From positions 1 through 64,000 of the forward strand of contig MCFE01000384.1 of assembly GCA_002104905.1 (NCBI GenBank): a stretch of DNA of 64,000 nucleotides, in the 5' to 3' direction. A program made the translations under genes and the position numbers. Every line of letters begins with the position of its first letter. Positions within the stretch are counted from its first letter, which is position 1. This document shows positions 25,512-37,225 of the stretch, piece after piece. Source of the DNA: Basidiobolus meristosporus CBS 931.73. Lineage: Eukaryota > Fungi > Basidiobolomycota. The notes under the pieces were generated by a model. That model was not told the DNA's origin. It did no database searches and was given only the letters and a program-made list of their open reading frames with translations.

Positions 25512-27016
25512 ATGAGTTGCCTCAAACAGCTTTCCAAAACACACCTGTGGAGAAAAGCGTGTAAAGATCCTTACTAGCATTCTATGTTATTTGTCTGAGC
25601 ACTAAGTGATACATCCGATTTTTAGCCTCTATCTGCTGCAAAAAAGTTCTTACGAGACCTGTGACAGTTCTAGCTTTTGGAATGGGTATTGATGGCAATA
25701 GCGCAGCCGAGGAGGCTAACGTAAAAGGTGTTTCCGAACCGGAGTTTGTGTACACCACTCGGAATCGGGAGCATCATCTTCCCAATGGCGGCTTTCAAAA
25801 CCCCTGGAAGTCGTTTACGAATCACGGCTTTTGTGACATGTTTGCACTTCTAAAGGACTACGACCGACAGAGATGTGCCATTCCGCCTAAAGAGAAGCTG
25901 GTTCCCGTTTTAACCCCCGACTTTGAACTTCTAAACAAACCGGAAGGGAAGGACTTTCAATTGACCTGGCTTGGCCATGCCTGCTTTTTATTGCAAGTTG
26001 ATGGTATCAATATATTGTTCGACCCAGTCTTTTCGGACAGGTATTCCTCCAGCATTTTCCTATTTGTATATAGTTTGCTAAGGTTGGCGACTTCTTAGGT
26101 GCTCTCCTTTCCAGTTCGTTGGGCCAAAGCGATACACTCCACCACCATGTAAGATCGAGGAGCTTCCCAAAATTGATATAGTTGTGATAAGTCATAACCA
26201 GTAAGCTGCAGACCATATGAATCTAGTTAGAGTGCCAGGCTAACCTTCAACAAAGCTACGATCACTTGGATTACAACACAGTTAAGGCTCTGGGGGATGG
26301 CCCTCGCTATTTCGTACCGCTGGGCAACAAGAAATGGTTCGAGTCGGTTGGAATCCGCAATGTTGTCGAGTGCGATTGGTGGGATGAGACTGAAGTGTCG
26401 CTGGAGGGAGCAAGAGATGTCAAGATTGTCTGTACTCCCTGCCAGCATTTTACAGGTAAAGAAAGCGGCTTTATGGATTGATGCTGTATTGCTAACTCGA
26501 TGCGTGTAGGTCGTGGTGTACATGATCGATTCCAAACACTCTGGGCTAGTTGGTGTGTAATTACCAAAGACGAGGGCAAGTTCTACTTTGCAGGGTAAGC
26601 GGGTTGGTTCGACCCCCTCCTTTCCATCCAGATACTCAACTAGGCTTCGTAGTGACACGGGTTACCGGTCAGTTCCCAAAACCAAAGACGAAGACTCTGT
26701 GCCCTATTGCCCAGCCTTCTTGGAGATTGGTCACAAATATGGACCATTTGATCTTGCTTGTATTCCAATTGGTGCATACTCTCCACGTTGGTTCATGTCC
26801 CCTATTCACTGCTCGCCGGAGGATGCGGTCAGAGTTCACGAGGACATCCGGTCAAAGAAATCGGTGGGTATGCATTGGGCCACCTGGGTATTAACTGACG
26901 AAGACGTTACCGAACCTCCCCGTCGATTGAAACAAGAGCTCCAAAACCGTAAGCATAATGAGGAGGACTTCATCACCATCGAAATTGGTCGTACTATTCA
27001 TGTACCAAAGCAATAG
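25512..27016 (+). CDS. NAPEPLD: N-acyl-phosphatidylethanolamine phospholipase D (metallo-beta-lactamase fold; yeast FMP30-like)
   Basis: [70 protein letters not shown]. The start at 25512 is inferred through an intron at 25561-25625. Confidence 0.9.
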
Positions 27017-27104
27017 TGCAAAGATTCGAGGATCGAGGATTTGATGATATGAGACTTTTAATTGGTAAATAAACTCTTGTCTTCCATGCCGTGTGTAATG
27101 CAAT

Positions 27105-28442
27105 TTAGAGACTGGCCTTCCGGGTGATGGCTGTGGCGGCTCTGGAGCTGTTGGAGCGACTTAAATAGGTAGAGATGAAGTTTCCTACTTCTATCAACTT
27201 GTTCAAGTCGATGCCAGTTTCAACCCCAAGCCCGTGAAGCATATACACTACATCTTCGGTGGCCACATTACCTGTAGCTCCCTTAGCATAGGGGCATCCA
27301 CCAAGACCAGCTGAAGAGCTATCAACAACACGCACGCCAAACTAATGACAAATAGTCAGCATCCACATATAGGCGCCGGATATGACGAGGGGTGGGCAGT
27401 TACCTGAAGAGCGGCCAAGATGTTTGCCAGTGCTTGTCCATAAGTATCATGGCAGTGGACTGCTAGTTTTTCTACAGGAACCTCCTTGGCAACTGCTTCG
27501 AGCATCTTCAGGGTTGAGGCTGATGATAATTCAGGATTAGATAACGCTTACAACTTGGGTGAAACTAGAGTTCGAGTATTAACCTGGGTTCCCAACTCCA
27601 ATGGTATCACCCAAGGAGATTTCATAGCAGCCCATATCGTAAAGCTTTCTGGAGACGTCGGCAACAACTCTAGGGTCGACATCACCCTCATATGGGCATC
27701 CAACAACACAGGAAACGTAGCTGTTCGTATAACGGCGGTTGTTAGTGACTTGAGACCATCAGAGATCTGGTTAGTTTTGCTAATTTACCCTCTAATGCGG
27801 ATGTTGTTTTCTTTAGCCTTGTCTACCACCGCACGAAAGCGTTCAAGACTTTCATCAATGGTGCAGTTGATATTTCTCTTACTAAATGCTTCTGAGGCAG
27901 CACCAAAGATAGCAATCTCTTCGACGTTGCAAGATAGAGCCGCTTCCAAACCCTTGACATTTGGTGCCAAGACAGGATATGAGACACCGTTCTTACGGCT
28001 GATTTTGCTCATCACCTCAGCTGCGTCTCGCATCTACTTAACTTGAATAAACAAGGGGGCCTGGAGGTGCACTTTTAAGGTCTTACCTGAGGAACGGCTT
28101 TGGGTGAGACGAAAGAAGTAGCCTCCACTACTTTAATACCAGTCTCAGAGAGTTTGTTGATAAACTCAATTTTTGTATCGGTAGGCACGAAGGTTTTTTC
28201 ATTTTGTAGGCCGTCTCTTGGTCCAACTTCCACGATTTTCACTTTCTGTCCGCGAAGCTAGAGTAACAGTGTTCTTAGCCTTTCAGAAATTCAACTTTAC
28301 CGTTGAAGTCTCTTTTACTTACCTGAACCAGACTGTTGTTTAAGACGGGCGATACCACCGAAACAAAGCCTCGGTTTACTCTACTTGTCAATAGAGAGGG
28401 AGTGTTTCTTAGCAGTGCAATAGAGTTTCTGAGTCCTGGCAT
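27105..28442 (-). CDS. HMGCL: Hydroxymethylglutaryl-CoA lyase
   Basis: [85 protein letters not shown]. Presequence-like N-terminus. Confidence 0.95.
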
Positions 28443-28672
28443 GTTGGCTAATAAAGGCGCTAGAGGGCTTAGCGATTTCTGGTCAACGTGCTTTATCAAT
28501 AAAGTACTCCAAATTTGATAACCGGTCATGCCACCGTGAGAATGTTCAGAGTTCATGCAGATTTTGATTGGTTAGTTTCGTATCTCTTGGGATCACCAGA
28601 CCAGGAAGTGATAATTTGATATGTTTATGTTGATGTATTACACTCAATTAACCCTTCACAGAACAATCTTAC

Positions 28673-29314
28673 ATGAGTAGCGTAGCTTTTGTGACCGTGG
28701 GCTCTACTGGGTTTGATAATTTAATAGCAGAAGTATCAAAAGTCGAGTTCACACAGGAATTAGAGAATCTGGGATACTCCACACTGTTAGTCCAATATGG
28801 AAGCAGTTCACACGCCTTCACCAAACCACTCTCCAATAGTAACGTAACGGTTTATGGGTTTGACTACAAATCTTCCCTTCTTCCTGATTTAGAAAAAGCC
28901 CAGTTGGTGATCAGCCATGCAGGTAAGCTTTGGATTGTTTTGAAGTAAAAGAGCAACAAGAGAAGGCTACTGACGCTATATGCTTTTGTAGGTTCAGGTT
29001 CTATAATTGAAGCTCTAAGATTGGGCAAGCCTTTAATAGTTGTGGTGAACGATACGCTTATGAATAACCATCAACTTGAATTGGCAAGCAAATTAGACTC
29101 AGAAGGATATTTGGTTTACACGACTGCTAGGTAAGCAATATTACCAGTGAATCGAGGAGTAACGGGTACCCTCTTACCTCTCTACTCTACTCTACCTACT
29201 AGCGAGCTTTTAACTTGTCTACGCTCTTGCAAACACAAGAAGCTTAAACCGTTTCCCAAACCGAATAGTAGCATCTTTGCTCGACTGATAGATGCCGAAA
29301 TGGGCTTCAGTTAA
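28673..29314 (+). CDS. ALG13: UDP-GlcNAc transferase catalytic subunit ALG13
   Basis: [43 protein letters not shown]. Two introns. Confidence 0.93.
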
Positions 29315-29475
29315 CTGGCCTTCAAAGTAGTTTTAGGAAAGATTAACTGACACATTGTCTATAGAATAAATACGCCTTGTAGCTGTGTAAAGCATCAGGG
29401 TTGTTGACATATTGTTGATGGTAGTTAATTTCCGACAGATATATATTAACAGCGATTACACCGTTTAATCCTTTC

Positions 29476-30231
29476 ATGATGCACATCCTTCATAAAACAT
29501 TCATGCTCTGGCTAGCTCTGGATGCAGCAGCCGCTTACCCAAATCTTGATAAACGCCAGGCACCATCCGGCACTAACCTTATACAATGCTCTCCTGGACG
29601 AGTTGCAGTTACGTTCGATGATGGACCTTCCCAATTTACTCCCACTTTGCTAGACACACTTTCGCGGTATGGAGTCAAAGTAACCTTTTTCATTGTGGGT
29701 TCAAGTATGTCGATAACTTCTCTCTAGCGTTGCTAAAAACTGACCTCGCCTGCTATAGTGATTGAGGACAACACGCAAGTCCTACTCCGTGCTTATAGTG
29801 AGGGGCATCAGATCGGGCTGCATACTTGGTCTCACGCAAACCTCAATTCACTTTCAGAATCCAGCATACGTCAGGAAATGGAGGAAACGTCCGATGCCGT
29901 GGCTAGAGTGATTGGTAGAAGGCCTCGCTACATGCGTTGCCCTTACGAGGCATGCAATGAGCGAGTGCTGAAGATTCTGGCAGAGATGGATTATCAACCT
30001 GTAGGGTGGAGTCTAGATACAGACGACTGGCGCACCTTAAGCTCCGACCATACCATCAAAGCCTACGAGAATACACTGAATGACAAAAGTGAGGGATTCA
30101 TATCTTTGCAACACGACATATACCAGAGTACGGTCGAGGCGGCCCCGAGGATCATCGAGACCATTAGAGCTCGGGGATTTGAAACGAGTATTGTTGCTGA
30201 CTGTCTGAATGATCAGCGATTATACTTCTGA
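29476..30231 (+). CDS. Secreted CE4 polysaccharide (chitin) deacetylase, catalytic domain only
   Basis: Signal peptide; TFDDGP, HTWSH, RCPY, DTDDW, LQHD all intact. One intron. Confidence 0.92.
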
Positions 30232-30343
30232 ATAGCATTGCGTTACCCTGAAACACACATTCCATCGAATGGTACATGAAACACATTAGTTATTCCATTT
30301 ATTAGTACATATAGTATTGATTACTAAATAAACAACCAAGATT

Positions 30344-31118
30344 CTAGAAGTATAGTTCAGAGTCTCCAAGGCACTCGGCCATGTCAACAGGCTTAAAGCC
30401 ATATCTTTTGATCACATCGATCGACTCGGCAATGGCTTCGATGGTGCTTGCATGAATATCATGCTGCAGAGAAATAAAACTTTCGCTACTAGCATCCGCC
30501 TTAGAGAGAGCAGCTCGGTAAGCGTCCACCGTCTTTGTCGCGTTCTTTGTCTGCCAGTCACTGGTATCTAGGTTCCAATGAATCAATTTGAGCTTTTTGG
30601 CTCCCAATATATCCAACGTATCACCAGTACAGGCGCCGTAAGGACAACGGAAATACTGGGGCTTCTTTCCGATGGCATTTTCAATGGCTATGGCCGCTTT
30701 ATCTACCTCGTCTTCGATTTCTGAAGCTTGGAGTGTGTCTAGGTTGGCATGGGTATGGGTATGGGATCCAATATGGTGTCCGTCATTTAATGCCTTTAGG
30801 ACTACTTCCGGATTCTGTTCCACCACTAGTATTGATCGCATTAGCAGCCTTGGTGAGACCTGGATTGTTATCATGCAACTTACTTGTTCCTACTACAAAG
30901 AATGTTGCGCTTACGCCTGCGACCTTTAAGACCTTTAGTAGCTCTTCAGTAAGCACAGAAGCGGGCCCATCGTCAAACGTTAAAGCCACCATGCCATTAC
31001 TAGCGCATTTTTCGTATCTAATGCCTGGTTGAACATCTCGCTTGAGCAGTGGATGAGACTCGACACTCATGAAGGTAAAAAGCAGAAAAGAGAGAGAAAT
31101 CGGGATCTTGAAAAGCAT
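30344..31118 (-). CDS. Secreted CE4 polysaccharide (chitin) deacetylase, convergent paralogue
   Basis: Signal peptide; TFDDGP, HTHTH, RCPY, DTSDW, LQHD intact. One intron after FFVVG. Confidence 0.92.
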
Positions 31119-31383
31119 CCTGTTGTCGAGAAGTAAGGCAAGTTATTTGATAACGTATGTGATGGACGCCTCGAGGATTATATACGTGCGATTTTCTCTC
31201 CACTGCTATGTAATGCTATAGGGGTACATGGCACTAAGAAACTTCCCGAATATCTGAAGGGGCTATGCTTTCACCCTCTTGATGCATATTCCTGAAGGGG
31301 TTGCAAGCAGTACTATTTCTATGCACCCTCCCCACGAAGAATATATACATACATAATATACAGCAATCGATTTTGTTTATTGA

Positions 31384-32400
31384 TCATGGTTTCAACAGTA
31401 GCTTTCCAGTTGTTTTTCTACCCTCCAAGTCCTGGTGAGCCTGGGCGGCATTCTCAAGTGGATAAGTCTTGAATATCTTGATGTCAAGTTTTTTAGCACC
31501 GATCAAATCAAATAACTCCTTCACCAGGGGTTGGAATTCTTCTTTGGTGACAATGTAATTATAAAGAGTTGGTCTAAGAAGTAAGTAATTGCCTGCACTG
31601 AGCCTGGTGATGTCGAGGTTATCTACTTTCCCAGAAGCATTACCGTAAGAGACCAGAGTGCCACATCTACGCAATGAAGCTAAGCTAATGTCGAATGTCT
31701 GCTTTCCGACACCATCGAATACGGCGTGTACTCCCTCGCCATTGGTCAGCTTCTTCACCTCGGCAACAACATCCTCCTGTGCGTAGTTAATCACATGATC
31801 AGCACCCGCCTTGCGCGCGATCTCAGCTTTCTCGGGGGTAGAAGTAGTTCCGATAACCTTGGCGCCAAAATGTTTACACAATTGAGTGAATAGAAGCCCT
31901 GCACCGCCAGCTGCAGCATGAACCAAGATCCAGTCATTAGGCTTAACCTTGTAGGCCTCCTTTACAAAGGACAATGCAGTCAAGCCTTGGAGGAGAGCTG
32001 CAGCACCGAGGTCAAAGTCAACACTGTCTGGCAGCTTCGCAGCTTTGTCTTCAGTGGAGACTCCATACTCCGCATAGCCCGCTGAGGTAAGATAGGCCAC
32101 TCTATCACCCACTTTGAAATCAGCCACTCCCTCACCGATAGCCTCAACAACACCAGCACCCTCTCTGCCCAGGATAAGCGGCAATGGGAGGGCATAAAGT
32201 CCAGTTCTGTGATAGGTATCAATGTAGTTAACACCAATGGCGTGATTCTTGACAAGAATCTCGCTCTTTGCGGGTTTAGGTATGGGGACGTCAGTATATT
32301 TCAAGACTTCAATGCCACCTGTTTTCTCGATTTGAATTGCTTTCATAGACATTTTTAAGTGGGAAAGGGTTGTTAGAGTTCTTCGAATTACGTTTGCCAT
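31384..32400 (-). CDS. NADPH:quinone oxidoreductase (zeta-crystallin/Qor-like MDR), intronless
   Basis: GVNYIDTYHRTG, LGREGAG, LLQGLTA, HAAAGGAG, FDGVGK, GRKTTGKLLL. The 338-aa ORF is uninterrupted. Confidence 0.93.
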   Translation of the reverse strand: MANVIRRTLTTLSHLKMSMKAIQIEKTGGIEVLKYTDVPIPKPAKSEILVKNHAIGVNYIDTYHRTGLYALPLPLILGREGAGVVEAIGEGVADFKVGDRVAYLTSAGYAEYGVSTEDKAAKLPDSVDFDLGAAALLQGLTALSFVKEAYKVKPNDWILVHAAAGGAGLLFTQLCKHFGAKVIGTTSTPEKAEIARKAGADHVINYAQEDVVAEVKKLTNGEGVHAVFDGVGKQTFDISLASLRRCGTLVSYGNASGKVDNLDITRLSAGNYLLLRPTLYNYIVTKEEFQPLVKELFDLIGAKKLDIKIFKTYPLENAAQAHQDLEGRKTTGKLLLKP

Positions 32401-32729
32401 TTTATATTCGAGCGAGCGATGCTGCCAATTTTATAGCAATACAATTACTAAGCCTCAGATTGTGTCATCATTGATTGAGCGCTGGGAGGACATTGGTTTA
32501 CCCGCAATTCACGCGACCATGCTAGAATGGTGTGATTAAATTAGTAATTATCTAATCGACATGCACCTCAATTTTGATTAACTTACCGATCGTGAACAAG
32601 ATTGATCCAAATGATGATTGTAGAAGTTTTTATGAAGAAAAAAAAGAAAAATATTCACTGGCTTCGAGAGGGAAGAATAAGTATAGCAGGAGGTGTGAGA
32701 GTTCTCCCAGCAATAGACATCACAGCAAC

Positions 32730-34198
32730 ATGGCTAAGCGTAGAGTAAGTCCTTTTGTTTTATGTTGTGAATGTGTGGTTTCGTATTTACACACTCGATT
32801 TTAGAGAAAGAATAGAACTCATGTTCGCCCCACTGAAGCAGAAGATACTGGACCTAAACATCCTAAAAGTTTCGTCTTACGATCAGGGCCCGTCGGCAAG
32901 GCGGTCACCATTTTGTCAAGAGATTTGAGAAAGGTCATGGAGCCGAATACCGCGACAAAATTAAAGGTTGGTTTAAATTTGGAACTGTGGTCTTCCTCTG
33001 GCAAATCTCCTAACCTTCACGTTATCTAGGAGCGGAAAAACAACAAACTCAAGGACTTTGTACATGTAGCTGGACAATTGGGCGTGACACACTATATGAT
33101 TTTCTCACGTACCGATACCGGTACCAATCTTAGAATCGCTCGTAACCCTCGAGGTCCCACCTTGACTTTCCGTGTTCTCAAATATTCCTTGATCAAGGAT
33201 GTGCTTCGTCTGCAAAAAACTCCCAAATCACCTGGCTCTGAATACCGCTCACCCCCTTTGGTAATTATAGTGAACGTCCTCTCTCCCTAAAACGTTTGGA
33301 CTTACTGTTTTTCTATAGCTGGTTCTTAACAACTTCGGAGGTGATGCTAAGGAGACCAAACTTATGACTTCCATGTTCCAAAATCTTTTCCCTCCCATTA
33401 ATGTCCAGAATGTGAGTGTTCCCTATCAAAAACACTCCTCTATAGACCGTACTAACGAAAACCATGACTCGTTAGATGCACCTGAATGACGCTCGCAGAG
33501 TAGTTCTTCTAAACTACAACAGCGAAACGGGAACCATCGATTTCAGACATTACTGTATTGGGGTGAAGCCAATTGGTGTTACCAAAGGTGTAAAGAAGAT
33601 TATTACTAGCGAGCTTCCCAGACTTGGTAAATTCGAGGATATCAGTGAATATGTACTCAGAGAGGCCTTTGCTTCTGAGAGTGACGTCGAAGATGGTCCA
33701 GAATCCACCGTCACTTTGGCCCAAAACTACCACGGACGCAACAACAGAAAATCTGAGCAAAGAGCTATCCGCTTAACCGAACTGGGACCTCGTTTAGAGT
33801 TGAAACTGACCAAGATTCAAGAGGGATTATGCGAAGGGGCCGTGTTGTATCACTCATTCATTCACAAGACTCCTGAGGAGATTAAGGCTCAAGAAAAGGC
33901 CAGACAAAAGAAGAAGCAAGAAGTCGCCCTCAGACGTAAACAACAAGAGATCAACGTTGAAAAGAAGAAAGCGGCAGCTGAAGCTCACAAAGTTGCCTGC
34001 GGTGCTAGTACAAGTCAAGCTCCACAGGAAAACGATTCGGAATCGGAGGATGATATTAAGGAACACTCGGGTGATGATGATGGTGAAGATGACGATGACG
34101 AAGAGCTATTTAATGATGAAGATGAAGAGGACGAGTTGGAAGCCTTTGATGACGAGTCCGCAGATGAAGGCAACGACGAGGACACCGACGAAGAATGA
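32730..34198 (+). CDS. SSF1: Brix-domain ribosome biogenesis factor SSF1/Peter Pan
   Basis: PKSFVLRSG, DLRKVMEPNTA, ERKNNKLKDF, PRGPTLTFRV, LVLNNF, RRVVLLNYN, LTELGPRLELKL. Acidic tail. Confidence 0.93.
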
Positions 34199-34318
34199 TA
34201 TAGTTTGTAATCTCACGAAAATGAATAAAACACTAATTCATAGAAGTCTGGAATTTTTTGGTTTTCTAAAGCTTTATTCAAAGAATTTCAGGAATATAGC
34301 AAATTTAGGATAGAATAC

Positions 34319-35167
34319 TTAGTACTTGGCTTTATCTTGGGTCTTGCTCAAGTAGTCAGAGAACTCTTGGTAAGGTCCTTGAGAGAACTCAGTCTCAGCC
34401 CACAAATCAGGAGTCAAATAGGTGTAAGTACGGCTGATGGCAGCAAAGGTAGCCTTAACAAAGTTGCCCAAAGTACGAGTAGAACCACGAGCAGTGGTGT
34501 AGCAATCGGTGATACCGGCGAGTTGCAAGAGCTTCTTGGGGGTAGGGGCAGCAACAATACCGGTACCACGGGGAGCAGGAACAAGGCGAGTAACGGTAGA
34601 ACCGCATTTACCAGTTACCTTGGAGGGAACGGTATGGGGCATACCAAGGGAAGAACCCCAGTAACCTCTACGGACAGGGATGATGCTAAGCTTGGCAAGA
34701 ACGATGGCACCACGGATGGCAGTAGCGACTTCCTTAGCGCACTTAACACCAAGACCAACATGACCATTAGAGTCACCGATGATAACAAAGGCCTTGAAAC
34801 GGGTTCTTTGTCCAGCAGTGGTTTGCTTCTGAACAGGCATGATCTTAATGACCTCATCCTTCAAAGTAGGGAGGAAGTAATCGATGATTTGATACTCCTT
34901 GACGGGAAGGGAGAAGAGATAGATTTGTTCCATGGACTTGATCTTGCCATCCTTCACGAGACGACCAAGCTTGGTAACAGGAACCCATTGAGCTTCTTCA
35001 TCTTTGCGTCCACCACGACGTCCACGTCCGCGGCCGCCACGACCACGACCACCACGTCCAAATCCACCGCGTCCTGATTAGCCGGGGTTAGAAGGTGCTC
35101 ACAAGCCTAAGCAGAAGAAATATTTCAACATACCACCGCGACTATCGGCCGGTGCAGAGTCAGCCAT
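34319..35167 (-). CDS. RPS2: 40S ribosomal protein uS5 (S2)
   Basis: RG-rich N-terminus; [47 protein letters not shown]. One intron. Confidence 0.97.
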
Positions 35168-35763
35168 TTGCTAGTGAACATTTCGTAAATGTTAACCTTC
35201 GTCGTATTAATGGATGAACCATATCAAGAGTATGGATGATGTACTTACATAATCTGACTAAAATAAAAATAGGGAGAAGGGTTTTCGCAATCTCGTTAAA
35301 ACATTTTTAAATCCAGGGCTCGGTCTTTGATAGCCAATCATGCTTACACGATTATGCATAAAAACTTGGCAACTACTAAACCGGCTTAAGTCTTGTCATA
35401 TCCTCAACCAACACCAACTGCCACATGGCTGGTGCTTAAGGTTTGCCGTTTCCCACCGCTGGTTTTATATTGAAGGTGAGAATGCCCGATAACACAAGAT
35501 GTTCTCCAGCACTGTCCCATAACACTAACTGATAACACAAGATGGGTTGATAAACATAACTGAGACAATCTTCTCCAATTAGGCAACTCAGATGAGATGC
35601 CAACAATCCCACTATATATAAAGCCAGTCAGCCTGAATCAGTAGGGAATCTCCTTATTGATCATACTCGACACATTTCCCTGTGGATCTCATGGCTACTC
35701 CAAGCCTTGACTAATAGGCAACTGTAACCTCTACCTCTTAGCTAATTCAATCCTCTCATCGCC

Positions 35764-36672
35764 ATGGCTATCCCTAACTCCGCTATTCAGCACTCGTTTC
35801 CTGGCTCCTTATGCACCAAGCCAAATAATAGATTACTTTCTGAGTCCACATTGCCCCCTCTTCCGCGCATGGCCAAAATTGAAATCCACTCCAATGACAA
35901 CCTATGTGTGCCACACATGCCCCTACCAAAAGCTTCTCCACCCAGCGGAATGGCATCCACAACAAAGAAGCTCCCATTTATAGACGTATTCCGGAAAATC
36001 CTCAAGTCGACTGATGGCCGTGATAAGTTCATGAAGTTAATGCAATATGCGCTTAAAATCATCCTTCTTACATATTTTCGGCGATCCGACCGTCACCCAA
36101 GCCTCCGAAAGCAAGCATCCGTGTTGTCCAGTTCATTCTCAAACACTAGAAAGATACTACGATTGGGGAATTGCGTAGAGCCATACCACAAATTAAAAAC
36201 GGAGTGTGGGAAGTTGTCTCAGCTCAAGAATTATGACACAAATCAAATGTACTTGTATATCCGTGTTATGTTCAAGACAACAGTGAGTCTGATAAACACA
36301 TTATCCGACGATTTGTTTTGTCTCTCTAAACTTGGCGTGCTCTCGCCCAGTATTGGCCAGCGAACGGGAAGATTATCGCTACGCCTGTGGATGATAAACA
36401 TTGTGCTGGACTCCCAAGACAGCATAGAGGAGGTATGCAGACTGCTCAGCTCTCTCAAGAGCAATACCATCGAATTGGGAAAAGAGAAATCAACCGAGCA
36501 GCTGTTCTGGGCTTGCCTTAATGTGCTGAAGCTACTTTGTGACGGGCTGTTCTGTGGCTACGATATTCTCGAATGTAAATTCTCTCCGTTGTTCCAGGCT
36601 AGTGTCAGTTTCATATCAGGGGTGATCAGTACCTACAAATTGTGGTTTAGAACGGCCACTGTACGGATGTGA
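35764..36672 (+). CDS. PEX11-family peroxisomal membrane protein, intronless
   Basis: STDGRDKFMKLMQY, SNTRKILRLG, DDLFCLSKLG, LLCDGLF, ISGVISTYKLW match the Pex11 family. The subfamily is not resolved. Confidence 0.8.
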   Translation: MAIPNSAIQHSFPGSLCTKPNNRLLSESTLPPLPRMAKIEIHSNDNLCVPHMPLPKASPPSGMASTTKKLPFIDVFRKILKSTDGRDKFMKLMQYALKIILLTYFRRSDRHPSLRKQASVLSSSFSNTRKILRLGNCVEPYHKLKTECGKLSQLKNYDTNQMYLYIRVMFKTTVSLINTLSDDLFCLSKLGVLSPSIGQRTGRLSLRLWMINIVLDSQDSIEEVCRLLSSLKSNTIELGKEKSTEQLFWACLNVLKLLCDGLFCGYDILECKFSPLFQASVSFISGVISTYKLWFRTATVRM

Positions 36673-37225
36673 GGAAGCCTTGTGTTGTTCTCCAGGGTGC
36701 TCTCGCTCTGTATTATATTTGGAATCCAAATAAACTTTGATTTGAAAGCCTCAATTAGTGTTAGCTAGCAGAAAACCTCAGCATGAATCGAGGTTGCGTG
36801 TAATTAGTGATATGCAGATGATGTAGTCAAGGTTCCTGCATCCTACTGATATGATCGAATTCCAAGTTGAATCATCAAATACATGAATACTTGGCCAACT
36901 GGAAATCAAGTTGCTCATTCAAAATAAGCTGGGTACTGAATCCCGGGCGATAATAAGCATTTACGGTTGCTGATTTTGGAGTGGTCCTATAAATACTAGG
37001 TTAATTAGAATTGTTTTGATTTAGAGTAATCCAATTTCTCACTAAGCTCCTTACCCTCCTTTGTTTTGGAAGATTCTTTGGCGAAGTTCCTATACTATAT
37101 TCTGAGAACCCCCCACTCTTTACCTCTCATACTTGTTGACTGTAAGGCTTGAATCAGTGTCTGAGACATCCCTCGTGTTTACAGTTTGCTTTCACAACAA
37201 TTAGGAGATTGTTACATATTGTATA

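Noticed and set aside
34337-35077. 246-aa antisense ORF over RPS2
   Set aside because: A typical shadow ORF of a strongly codon-biased gene; exactly antisense in frame.
35488-35544. GATAACACAAGATG twice in the RPS2/PEX11 divergent promoter
   Set aside because: Only two short copies; GATA-like, but I have no support for function.
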